In this document: in pieces, positions 22,388 through 30,270 of the stretch
How positions within the stretch are numbered: the first letter of the stretch is position 1
Layout: each line of letters begins with the position of its first letter
NCBI GenBank assembly: GCA_046290225.1
Contig: JBKAGE010000034.1
Span: 64,001-128,000 of the forward strand
DNA length: 64,000 bases
DNA from: Bradymonadia bacterium
Lineage (GTDB): Bacteria; Myxococcota_A; Bradymonadia; UBA7976; UBA1532
Direction: 5' to 3'
The notes under the pieces: generated by a model
The model's database searches: none
What the model was told of the DNA's origin: nothing
The model's input: only the letters and a program-made list of their open reading frames with translations
Program-made: the position numbers and the translations under genes

Positions 22388-23510
22388 GATCCCCAGACGC
22401 ATCGGCATCAGCACCGGGGGCGGTGACTGCCCCGGCCTCAACGCGGTCATCCGCGCCTTCGTCAAGACCGCCCGACGCCGCTACGGCATCGAGGTGGTGG
22501 GCATCGAAGATGGCCTGCTCGGCCTCATCGACCCCAGCCTGCAGAACATCACCCTCGACTTCGCCCATGTGCGGGGCATCCTGAGTCAGGGGGGCACGAT
22601 TCTGGGCACCACCAACCGCGGAAACCCCTTCAAATTCGCAGTGAAAGACGAAGCCACCGGCGAGATGGTGGAGCGCGACATCTCCGACGACATCGTCCTC
22701 GGCGCCCAGCGCCTGGGCCTCGATGGCGTGGTGATGGTGGGGGGTGACGGCACGCTGGAGATCGGCCGCCGGCTCATGGAGAAGGGCCTCAACGTCATCG
22801 GGGTGCCCAAGACCATCGACAACGACTTGTCGGCGACGGACGTGACCTTCGGCTTCGACACCGCCGTGGGCATCGCCATGGAGGGTCTCGACCGCCTGGC
22901 CACCACCGCGGCGAGCCACGATCGGGTGATGTTGTTGGAGGTGATGGGTCGCCACGCAGGCTGGATCGCGCTCCACGCGGGCCTCGCTGGAGGCGCCGAC
23001 TTCATCGCCATCCCCGAGATCCCCTACTCCGTGGACGCCTTCCTTGAAGCCATCAACAACCGGCAATCATCAGGCAGCCACTTCGCTCTCGGGGTGGTGG
23101 CGGAGGGGGCCATCCCCCTAGATGGAGAGACCAGCTACATCGAGGCGGCAAAGGCCGGCGGCGTGGCCCGCCTCGGGGGCGCAGCCCACCGACTGATGGA
23201 GGCCATGGTGGCTCGAGGCTGCGAGCTGGACGGCCGCGTGACGGTGTTGGGTCACCTGCAACGGGGCGGCTCGCCCTCGGCCTTCGATCGCATCCTGGGC
23301 ACGCGCTTTGGTGCGGCAGCTGCGGATCTGGTGGCCAAAGACGCCTGGGGTCAGATGGTCTGCCTGAAGGGGCAGTCGATCACCTCGGCCCCACTGGAGG
23401 CGGCGCTTCAGCCAAATCGCGTGGATCCTGAGGGTGAGCTGGTGCAGCAAGCGGAGAGCATTGGGGTGTGTATGGGTCGCCCGCTCACAGAGGCTGTGCT
23501 CAAGGGCTGA
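22386..23510 (+). CDS. pfkA: 6-phosphofructokinase (PfkA family, group III-like)
   Basis: TGGGDCPGLNAVIR, GGDGT, PKTIDND, TFGFDTA, EVMGRHAGWIA, LGHLQRGG; GTG at 22386 after GGAGGA. Confidence 0.95.
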   Translation: MIPRRIGISTGGGDCPGLNAVIRAFVKTARRRYGIEVVGIEDGLLGLIDPSLQNITLDFAHVRGILSQGGTILGTTNRGNPFKFAVKDEATGEMVERDISDDIVLGAQRLGLDGVVMVGGDGTLEIGRRLMEKGLNVIGVPKTIDNDLSATDVTFGFDTAVGIAMEGLDRLATTAASHDRVMLLEVMGRHAGWIALHAGLAGGADFIAIPEIPYSVDAFLEAINNRQSSGSHFALGVVAEGAIPLDGETSYIEAAKAGGVARLGGAAHRLMEAMVARGCELDGRVTVLGHLQRGGSPSAFDRILGTRFGAAAADLVAKDAWGQMVCLKGQSITSAPLEAALQPNRVDPEGELVQQAESIGVCMGRPLTEAVLKG

Positions 23511-23618
23511 GCCAACGAGGCCCTTGCCCTAGCAGAATGGGTACATCGGCACACAAAAAATGAACATCCGAGCAACACTCTCCCACCCCACTTCAATGAA
23601 ATAGCGGTATTTCTCATT

Positions 23619-23634
23619 TGGCATTCCTCCTGCT
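23619..23634 (+). promoter_or_regulatory. Putative sigma54 (-24/-12) promoter
   Basis: TGGCATTCCTCCTGCT has GG-N10-GC spacing, 40 nt upstream of ATG 23674, preceded by an AT-rich tract. Confidence 0.6.
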
Positions 23635-23673
23635 CTAGCGATGGCCAGGTCATCCGAGAGGCAGGAGTGCCAG

Positions 23674-25593
23674 ATGAAATACCTCGCAAAGATTCGCCCC
23701 GGAGAGCTGCTCTTGCTCTCCGTTCTGGTCTTGGCCGTGGTCCTGACGCTCTTCGGAGGGCCAGGAGCCGATCCAAGGCTGATGGCGTCACTCCAGCTCC
23801 ATGGCGGCCTCGCCCTGGGCTTCGGCGCGGTGCTCTTCGTCAGCGCCAAGGGACTGCTCGGCGGGCTGTCCAACGTGCGCCTCTTCGCCAGTGTTGGCCT
23901 CATCGCCGGGCTCTACACCAGCCTCGGAAAGTTGGGGTTCGCACTCTGGCCGTCCACCGCCGATGCCACCCTGGCCGCAGCTGACGTCGCCGTCTTCGGC
24001 GCCTCCCCTGCCCTGGTCGTCGCCGAACAGATCACCCCATGGGGCACTGAATTCTTCAGCGCCGTCTATCTGCTGCACATCGCCGCGCTCTACTTCACGT
24101 TGTTGCTGGAAGTGCTCCGCGGTGAGCGGCTGACCAGGGAGTCGTTCCTCTTTGGGCTGACCCTCACATATGTCATCGGATACGTGGTCTATCTGCTCGC
24201 CCCAGCCCATGGGCCCATCTGGTTCTACGCTGAGCAGCTGTCGCCGCTGCCCTCCGGCCCTGTATTCGAGGCCATGACCCACGCTGTGGAGGGGGCCGGT
24301 GGGGCCATCGGCGCCTTCCCGAGCTTGCATGTAGGAGCGGCCGTCTACCTGTGCCTCTTCAACCTGAAGCATCGCCGGATGCGGGGTCTCACCTACATCC
24401 CCTGGGTAGTCCTCATCGCCGTGAGCACCGTCTACCTGCGCCACCACTACTGGATAGACTGGATCGGAGGCCTCGCCGCGGCAGCCGTAGCGGCCTGGGC
24501 AACACCGAGGGTGATGCGTGTGTGGGGCTTCGAGGCGCCGGCGCCCAGGATCGAGCGTGCCCTCACGTCAGCGCCGAGCTTTTATCGAGGGTTTCGGGCA
24601 GCCAGCAGAGCGGCGCTGTCGGGCTTCTTCCACCAGCGTCGGATCACCGGGGCCCACAACGTGCCTGCACAGGGCCCGGTCCTCCTCGTGGCCAACCACA
24701 CGAATGGTCTGGTGGATCCTCTGGTCATCATGTCTGCCCTCGATCGCCACTTGACGATGACGGGCAAGCAGACGCTCACGGAGAAGCCGCTCCTCAGGTG
24801 GATGTTCAACCGCCTCGGCGTGGTCTGGCTCCGGCGACGACGCGACGCTGATCCGCGTGCCCTCCGGCGGGCCCACAATGACGCAGCTCTCGCAGGCCTT
24901 GGCACAGCGTTGGACGACGGCGGCGCTGTGCTCATCTTCCCTGAGGGTCGAAGTCACTCGCGCCCTACGCTCGATCGCTTCAAGACCGGGGCTGCACGCC
25001 TCGCCTTGACCCAGCTCGCCCGGGGGCAGCGATTGACAGTCATCCCTGTGGGTCTGCGGTTCGACGGCAAGGGCCATGTGGGCGGTGCCGTCGAGGTGGT
25101 CTTCGGCGATGCGCTCCCCCTCGATCCGAAGGAAAGCGCTCAGGCGCTCACGGATCGGATGTCCCACGCGGTGGACGCTCTCCTCGAGCCTCGGCCCGAG
25201 GTCGCCACAGGTCGGCGCCAGCGGGTGGCCAGCGCCCTCGAAGCCATGGAGACATTCGTGCTCGGTGGGCCGCTGGCGGCCTTTGGCCTGCTCGCCAACC
25301 TGGTGCCCTTCACGCTGCTGGCGGCGCTGGTGCGCAAGGGGGCCCAGGATCCGGATCACCCCGCCACCTTCGCGGTCTACGGGGCAATGTTCATCTGCCC
25401 AGCCATCTATCTGCTGCAGGGCGCAGCCCTTCTGACGCTTTTGGGTCCGTGGTGGGCCCTGGGCCTCTCAGCGCTCTTTACGCCCGCGGGCATCTACGCC
25501 TTGCGCTGGCTCACGTCTCTCTTCGGACCCTTTTCTCTGATTTCCAAGTCCTCTCTCACGGAGTCTGCACATGTTCGCCTCCCCTCTCGTTGA
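23674..25593 (+). CDS. Fusion of Aur1/IPC-synthase-like PAP2 domain and PlsC-type acyltransferase
   Basis: APAHGP, AFPSLH and HHYWID (PAP2_3 motifs) in a multi-TM domain; NHTNGLVD (HX4D) and FPEGRS; AGGAG RBS before ATG 23674. Confidence 0.85.
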   Translation: MKYLAKIRPGELLLLSVLVLAVVLTLFGGPGADPRLMASLQLHGGLALGFGAVLFVSAKGLLGGLSNVRLFASVGLIAGLYTSLGKLGFALWPSTADATLAAADVAVFGASPALVVAEQITPWGTEFFSAVYLLHIAALYFTLLLEVLRGERLTRESFLFGLTLTYVIGYVVYLLAPAHGPIWFYAEQLSPLPSGPVFEAMTHAVEGAGGAIGAFPSLHVGAAVYLCLFNLKHRRMRGLTYIPWVVLIAVSTVYLRHHYWIDWIGGLAAAAVAAWATPRVMRVWGFEAPAPRIERALTSAPSFYRGFRAASRAALSGFFHQRRITGAHNVPAQGPVLLVANHTNGLVDPLVIMSALDRHLTMTGKQTLTEKPLLRWMFNRLGVVWLRRRRDADPRALRRAHNDAALAGLGTALDDGGAVLIFPEGRSHSRPTLDRFKTGAARLALTQLARGQRLTVIPVGLRFDGKGHVGGAVEVVFGDALPLDPKESAQALTDRMSHAVDALLEPRPEVATGRRQRVASALEAMETFVLGGPLAAFGLLANLVPFTLLAALVRKGAQDPDHPATFAVYGAMFICPAIYLLQGAALLTLLGPWWALGLSALFTPAGIYALRWLTSLFGPFSLISKSSLTESAHVRLPSR

Positions 25594-28006
25594 TCACACC
25601 CCCAGCCACCTCGACATCCTGCCGCTGAGCACCACCGACGCCCGTGGACTCGACCCCCGGCACGTGGGCGGCAAAGGCGCGGGGCTGATCCGGCTCGTGG
25701 TCGCGGGCCTCCCAGTGCCGCCTGGGTTCGTGTTGTCCGCGACCATGTATCGCCAATGGCGCGAGCACCCCGATGGGCTCGCCTCTCACCACGAGGCCAT
25801 CATCGAGCACGCCCGTGCCCTTGGCGGCCTCGTCTCAGTGCGCTCCTCGGCGAGCACGGAAGATCTCGGCGGGGGGGCCTGCGCAGGCCAGCACGAGACC
25901 TTCCTCGGCCTGCGGCCCGAGCAGGTGCCTGAGGCCATCGCGAAGTGCTATGCCTCGCTGACGTCGAGCCGCGCCACACGCTACCGGGATCGCATGGGCA
26001 TCGACGAAGACGCCACGGAGATGGCGGTGGTGGTGCAAAGGATGGTCCCCGCGGCCTCTGCGGGGGTGGCATTCACTGTCGACCCGGTCTCCGGTGATCC
26101 GAACGTTCTGGTGGTGGAGTCAGCCTTTGGCCTCGGTGAGTCTGTCGTGGCAGGCGTCGAGGCCACCGACACCTGGAGGCTGAATCGACGGTCACTCGAC
26201 ATCGAGGCGCACACTGAGGGCGCACAGGGCACGCGGCTCCTCTGTGGTGATGACGGCGTAGAATCCCACCCCGCCCCGAGCGGCCCCTCGCTCACCGAAG
26301 ACCAGGTCCGAGGCGTCGCCGCATTGGCCCGCGCCGTGGAGGCCGGAGCCGGTGTGCCTCAGGACGTGGAGTGGGCCCTCGACGAGACCGGCGAGCTGTT
26401 TCTGTTGCAGGCCCGCCCCGTGACGGCCCTCCCCCCGCGCTGGACCCGAGACGAATCCGCAGAGCGGTTCCCGGGAGTGATGAGCCCCCTGGGCTGGGAC
26501 TTCTCCGAAGGCGGATTCCACACCTCGCTGAAGGCCTCCCTGGAGCTCATGGGCCTGCCAGCCTTCGATGGTAAGTGGTTTGGGCGCTTCGGCCACTTCA
26601 TCTACGGCAACGAGACTGCGGTGAAGCTCTACCTGACCGATCGCGCCGAGGGCACCGAGCTCGACCCGTTCGCCTCGATCCATGCCTTCGGCGAGCGCTT
26701 CGGCCAGTGGCGCGCGCGCCACGCCTGGATGCCGAGACTGCTGACACAGTGGGACAGCCACTTGAGCACCTTCATCTTCCAGTTGGGGCGACTGGACGCC
26801 CAAGCAGCGCCGGAGACCGTAGCCGAGGCCTGGCAACGCCTGCTCGATCTGGAGGCCATCGGCACGCGGTACTTCCTGCCGAACATCGCCATCTCCATCG
26901 GACATGGCATCACCTGGAGGGCGCTGCACCGAGCACTCACCTTGTTCTGCGGAGAAGAAGAGGCCCACGCCCTCGCCGCGGCGCTCACCGCGGACGACAC
27001 GATCGCCACCAAGACGGTCCAGCGCGATCTCGCTCAGTTCGCTGCGACGATCGTCCGGTGTGGTGTCGATCCGTCCACCCTCGCTGGAGACGATCTCGCC
27101 GCGCGATGGGACGCCCTGCTCGACACCGACGAGGTCATCTCAGAGGCCGCAGCGAGCTTTCTGGAGCGTCATGGCCACTGCACCCTCGACCCCGACGCGA
27201 TGATCCCGTGCTGGGCCGCAGCGCCGGGCCAGCTGTTGGGTTTGCTCGAATCAATGCTCGCCGCCCGGGGCGCCGCCCCCGCACGAGACGCTGCAGAGGC
27301 TAGATTTGCGGCCGAGAGTACTGTGAGGGACATCGCCGGGGAGCACGCCTCGGCGGTGTTGCATCTCGCGGCCCTGGCCCGAGGCTTCCAGCGACTCGAC
27401 GACGTGGAGCACTATCAGACCACCCGCCTGCACGCGGCCTTCCGGCCTCTGGCGCTCAACCTCGGCGACCACCTGGTCAAAGCGGGCGCGCTGGATTGTG
27501 CGGGGGATGTCTTCTTCGCTCACAAGGCCACCCTCGAGGATCTGATCTCCGGCGAGTCGAGCGCCCGTCAGGGTGGCCTCGCCGCAGAGGTGGCCGAGAA
27601 CAAACGCGGGATGGCCGAGGCGAGGCAACATGAGGCGCCCTGGTCCCTCGACGAGGAAGACAACACCTCGATCGCCCTCGACGCAGAGGGCACGCTCCGA
27701 GGACAACCCGGTGCAGCAGGTACAGTGACCGCCCCCGTGTGCATCATCGAAGGTCCCGAGGATTTTCACCGCTTCGTGCCCGGCAGCATCCTCGTGGCCC
27801 GGACCACCCACCCCACGTGGACGCCGCTCTTCTACTCAGCGGCCGGAGTCATCACCGAGTCTGGAGGCCCCCTGTCTCACGGCGCAGTCACCGCCCGCGA
27901 GTTGGGCTTGCCTGCGGTGATGGGGGTGCGTGGGGTGATGACCGAGCTGGTCGACGGTCAGCAGGTGACGCTGAATGGTGGTGAGGGTTGGGTCACGGAC
28001 GCATGA
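25571..28006 (+). CDS. PEP-utilising dikinase-like phosphotransferase (ATP-grasp / substrate domain / phospho-His swivel)
   Basis: VGGKG, VRSSASTED..AGQHET, VVVQRMV, AGVAFT, GLGESVV, DVEWA..LLQARP; C-terminal GGPLSHGAVTARELGLPAV. Confidence 0.9.
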   Translation: MFASPLVDHTPSHLDILPLSTTDARGLDPRHVGGKGAGLIRLVVAGLPVPPGFVLSATMYRQWREHPDGLASHHEAIIEHARALGGLVSVRSSASTEDLGGGACAGQHETFLGLRPEQVPEAIAKCYASLTSSRATRYRDRMGIDEDATEMAVVVQRMVPAASAGVAFTVDPVSGDPNVLVVESAFGLGESVVAGVEATDTWRLNRRSLDIEAHTEGAQGTRLLCGDDGVESHPAPSGPSLTEDQVRGVAALARAVEAGAGVPQDVEWALDETGELFLLQARPVTALPPRWTRDESAERFPGVMSPLGWDFSEGGFHTSLKASLELMGLPAFDGKWFGRFGHFIYGNETAVKLYLTDRAEGTELDPFASIHAFGERFGQWRARHAWMPRLLTQWDSHLSTFIFQLGRLDAQAAPETVAEAWQRLLDLEAIGTRYFLPNIAISIGHGITWRALHRALTLFCGEEEAHALAAALTADDTIATKTVQRDLAQFAATIVRCGVDPSTLAGDDLAARWDALLDTDEVISEAAASFLERHGHCTLDPDAMIPCWAAAPGQLLGLLESMLAARGAAPARDAAEARFAAESTVRDIAGEHASAVLHLAALARGFQRLDDVEHYQTTRLHAAFRPLALNLGDHLVKAGALDCAGDVFFAHKATLEDLISGESSARQGGLAAEVAENKRGMAEARQHEAPWSLDEEDNTSIALDAEGTLRGQPGAAGTVTAPVCIIEGPEDFHRFVPGSILVARTTHPTWTPLFYSAAGVITESGGPLSHGAVTARELGLPAVMGVRGVMTELVDGQQVTLNGGEGWVTDA

Positions 28007-28062
28007 GGTCTACATAAGGGGTACTCCCACTGATCACCGGGCCCAGCGACACAGGAGCTCTG

Positions 28063-28929
28063 ATGGACCTGACCGAGTACCTAACAGATGAGGGCGACGT
28101 CCCTCCTCCATGGACCCGGTTCCCTGAATACTATCGGGGTTGTCTGGGCTGGCGGATGGGCTCTGGAGAAGAGTGGATGTGGGCTTTCCAAGACTTTCTT
28201 AACCACCTACCCACAGACGAAGGCACGCGGCGAGCCTATCTCAAACGCCATCCTCCGGCGCCGATGAGTTGGGCCGACGTGGTCTGGTCGACCCTGTTCC
28301 CGGATTCGGAGGCCCTCATTCAGTCATCCGACCACCAGGGCGTGCCTCGCAACACACGACGACGCAAACGCGTCGCTCGACAGATCCGACACCTGCGACA
28401 GTCGGGTCTGATCGCCAGCGACATCGCCTTTCGCACGTGGCTCGAGCTCAACCCGCACGCCGAGGACACTTCACGCTGGATGCTCAAGGATATGCCTTGG
28501 ACTGCCGCTCGACATCAAACCCGCAGTCTCTGGTTCTGGTCCAGGGCGCTTCATGGGCCATGGTCTGAAAGGCGCCCTGATCCCGCCCACGCGTCCAATG
28601 ACTGGCAGGGGTTCCTCTCTGCCCTCCGAGCAAACCCACCCCAGTGGCATCCGGAGTCAGGCCTCAAAACCCTCGCGCTCATGATCGCCACTGGCAATGT
28701 GCTCCCCCCCTGGGCGCTCGATTGCGAGCTCACAGCGTTTCGAGACACCTGGGAGCAAGATATGGGCTATGTCGACGCGTGGAGGCTGTGGGGATACACC
28801 GTGGTCGACGATCTGGACCAGCTGCGTGACCTCTCGTGCCTGGATGAGGCGCCCGATGAAGGATGGAGGACCTTCATTCGGACTCAGTTCACCCCCCCGT
28901 CACTGCAGTTGATTCATGGAATCGTTTGA
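28063..28929 (+). CDS. Hypothetical Trp/Pro-rich protein with PPW...GWRMGxGE motif
   Basis: AGGAG RBS; 288-aa ORF with visibly more A/T third positions than its neighbours. Confidence 0.7.
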   Translation: MDLTEYLTDEGDVPPPWTRFPEYYRGCLGWRMGSGEEWMWAFQDFLNHLPTDEGTRRAYLKRHPPAPMSWADVVWSTLFPDSEALIQSSDHQGVPRNTRRRKRVARQIRHLRQSGLIASDIAFRTWLELNPHAEDTSRWMLKDMPWTAARHQTRSLWFWSRALHGPWSERRPDPAHASNDWQGFLSALRANPPQWHPESGLKTLALMIATGNVLPPWALDCELTAFRDTWEQDMGYVDAWRLWGYTVVDDLDQLRDLSCLDEAPDEGWRTFIRTQFTPPSLQLIHGIV

Positions 28930-28936
28930 AGGCTCG

Positions 28937-30256
28937 TCAGAGGATGTTCGACGCCAGCTCCGCCAGCTCTGAGCGCTCGCCCTTGGTCAAGGTGACCGTG
29001 CCGGCGAGCTTCTGATCTTTGAAGCGGTTCACGAGGTGGATCAGGCCGTTGGTGTTGGCGTCCACGTAGGGGTTGTCGATCTGGTAGGGGTCGCCGGTGA
29101 ACACCACCTTGGTGCCGTGGCCCGAGCGAGTGAGGATCGTCTTCACCTCGTGGGGCGTGAGGTTCTGGGCCTCATCTACGATCATGTACTGCTGCGGGAT
29201 CGAGCGCCCGCGGATGTAGGTCAGCGGTTCGATTTCGAGGATCCCCATGTCGATGAGCTCTTCGGGGCCGCGGCCTTCCTTTACATCTCGGGAGGTGAGG
29301 CCCATGAGCAGCTCGACGTTGTCGAAGATGGGCTTCATCCAGGGGTTGAGCTTCTCTTCCAGGGTGCCCGGCAGGTAGCCGATGTCACGGCCCAGAGGGA
29401 AGATCGGCCGGCTCACCAGCACCCGCTGGTAGTGATCCACCTCAGTGACCTGATGCAGGCCCGCGGCGATGGCCAGCAGGGTCTTGCCGGTGCCCGCCTT
29501 GCCCACGATGGTCACCAGCTTGATCTTGTCGTCGAGCAGCAGATCGAGGGCGAACTGCTGCTCGCGGTTCCGGGGCTTGATGCCCCAGATCGGATCCTTC
29601 TTGCCCGAGAGCGTGCGGACCATGGCCCGCTCCTGGTCGTATCGAGCCAGGGCGGTGTGGTTGGGCCGGCTCTCGTTCACCAGCGTCACGTACTCGTTGG
29701 GGTGCAGCTCCGCCTCGGCCATCACCAGGCGGCCCTGGAAGGCCATCTCGAGCTGCTCCGGGCTCACCATCAGCTCCCGGTGACCCTGGTAGAGCTCGGT
29801 GATGTCCCGCTTCTCCGGATCGTAGTCCACGGCCTTGATGCCCAGAGCATCTGCCCGGACCCGCAGGTTCGTATCCTTGGTCACCAGGATGACCTGGTGA
29901 TCGTCTTCGGAGTTCTGCTGAATTTCCCAGGCGCACGACAAGATCAGGCTGTCGATCTGGTTGCGCTTGCCCAGGAAGCGGTCCTCGTGCTGCTGCGGGT
30001 GCTCCACAGACATGATCCGCAGCTCGCCGCCGCTCTCGAGGTCGATGCCCCCCTTGAGGCTGCCCTGCTCGCGCAGCTTGTCGAGCAGACGAGAGAACTC
30101 GCGGGCGTTGCGGCCCAGCTCGGAGACGTCTCGCTTGAACTGATCGACTTCTTCGACGGCGTAGATGGGCACCACCACGCGGTTGTCTTGGAAGTTGAAG
30201 AGCGCGCGGGGCTCGTGGAGCATGACGTTGGTGTCGAGGACGAACGTTTTCTTCAT
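28937..30256 (-). CDS. PIN-PhoH protein (PhoH2/YlaK-type RNase-ATPase)
   Basis: VLDTNV and TKDTNLR (PIN); GKAGTGKT, GYLPG, YIRGRS, VDEAQNLT, GDPYQID, RSELA (PhoH). Confidence 0.93.
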   Translation of the reverse strand: MKKTFVLDTNVMLHEPRALFNFQDNRVVVPIYAVEEVDQFKRDVSELGRNAREFSRLLDKLREQGSLKGGIDLESGGELRIMSVEHPQQHEDRFLGKRNQIDSLILSCAWEIQQNSEDDHQVILVTKDTNLRVRADALGIKAVDYDPEKRDITELYQGHRELMVSPEQLEMAFQGRLVMAEAELHPNEYVTLVNESRPNHTALARYDQERAMVRTLSGKKDPIWGIKPRNREQQFALDLLLDDKIKLVTIVGKAGTGKTLLAIAAGLHQVTEVDHYQRVLVSRPIFPLGRDIGYLPGTLEEKLNPWMKPIFDNVELLMGLTSRDVKEGRGPEELIDMGILEIEPLTYIRGRSIPQQYMIVDEAQNLTPHEVKTILTRSGHGTKVVFTGDPYQIDNPYVDANTNGLIHLVNRFKDQKLAGTVTLTKGERSELAELASNIL

Positions 30257-30270
30257 GAACACTCCCGGGC

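Noticed and set aside
25571..28006. Calling this gene ppsA or rph
   Set aside because: Lacks the PpsA C-terminal barrel; rifamycin specificity cannot be judged by eye
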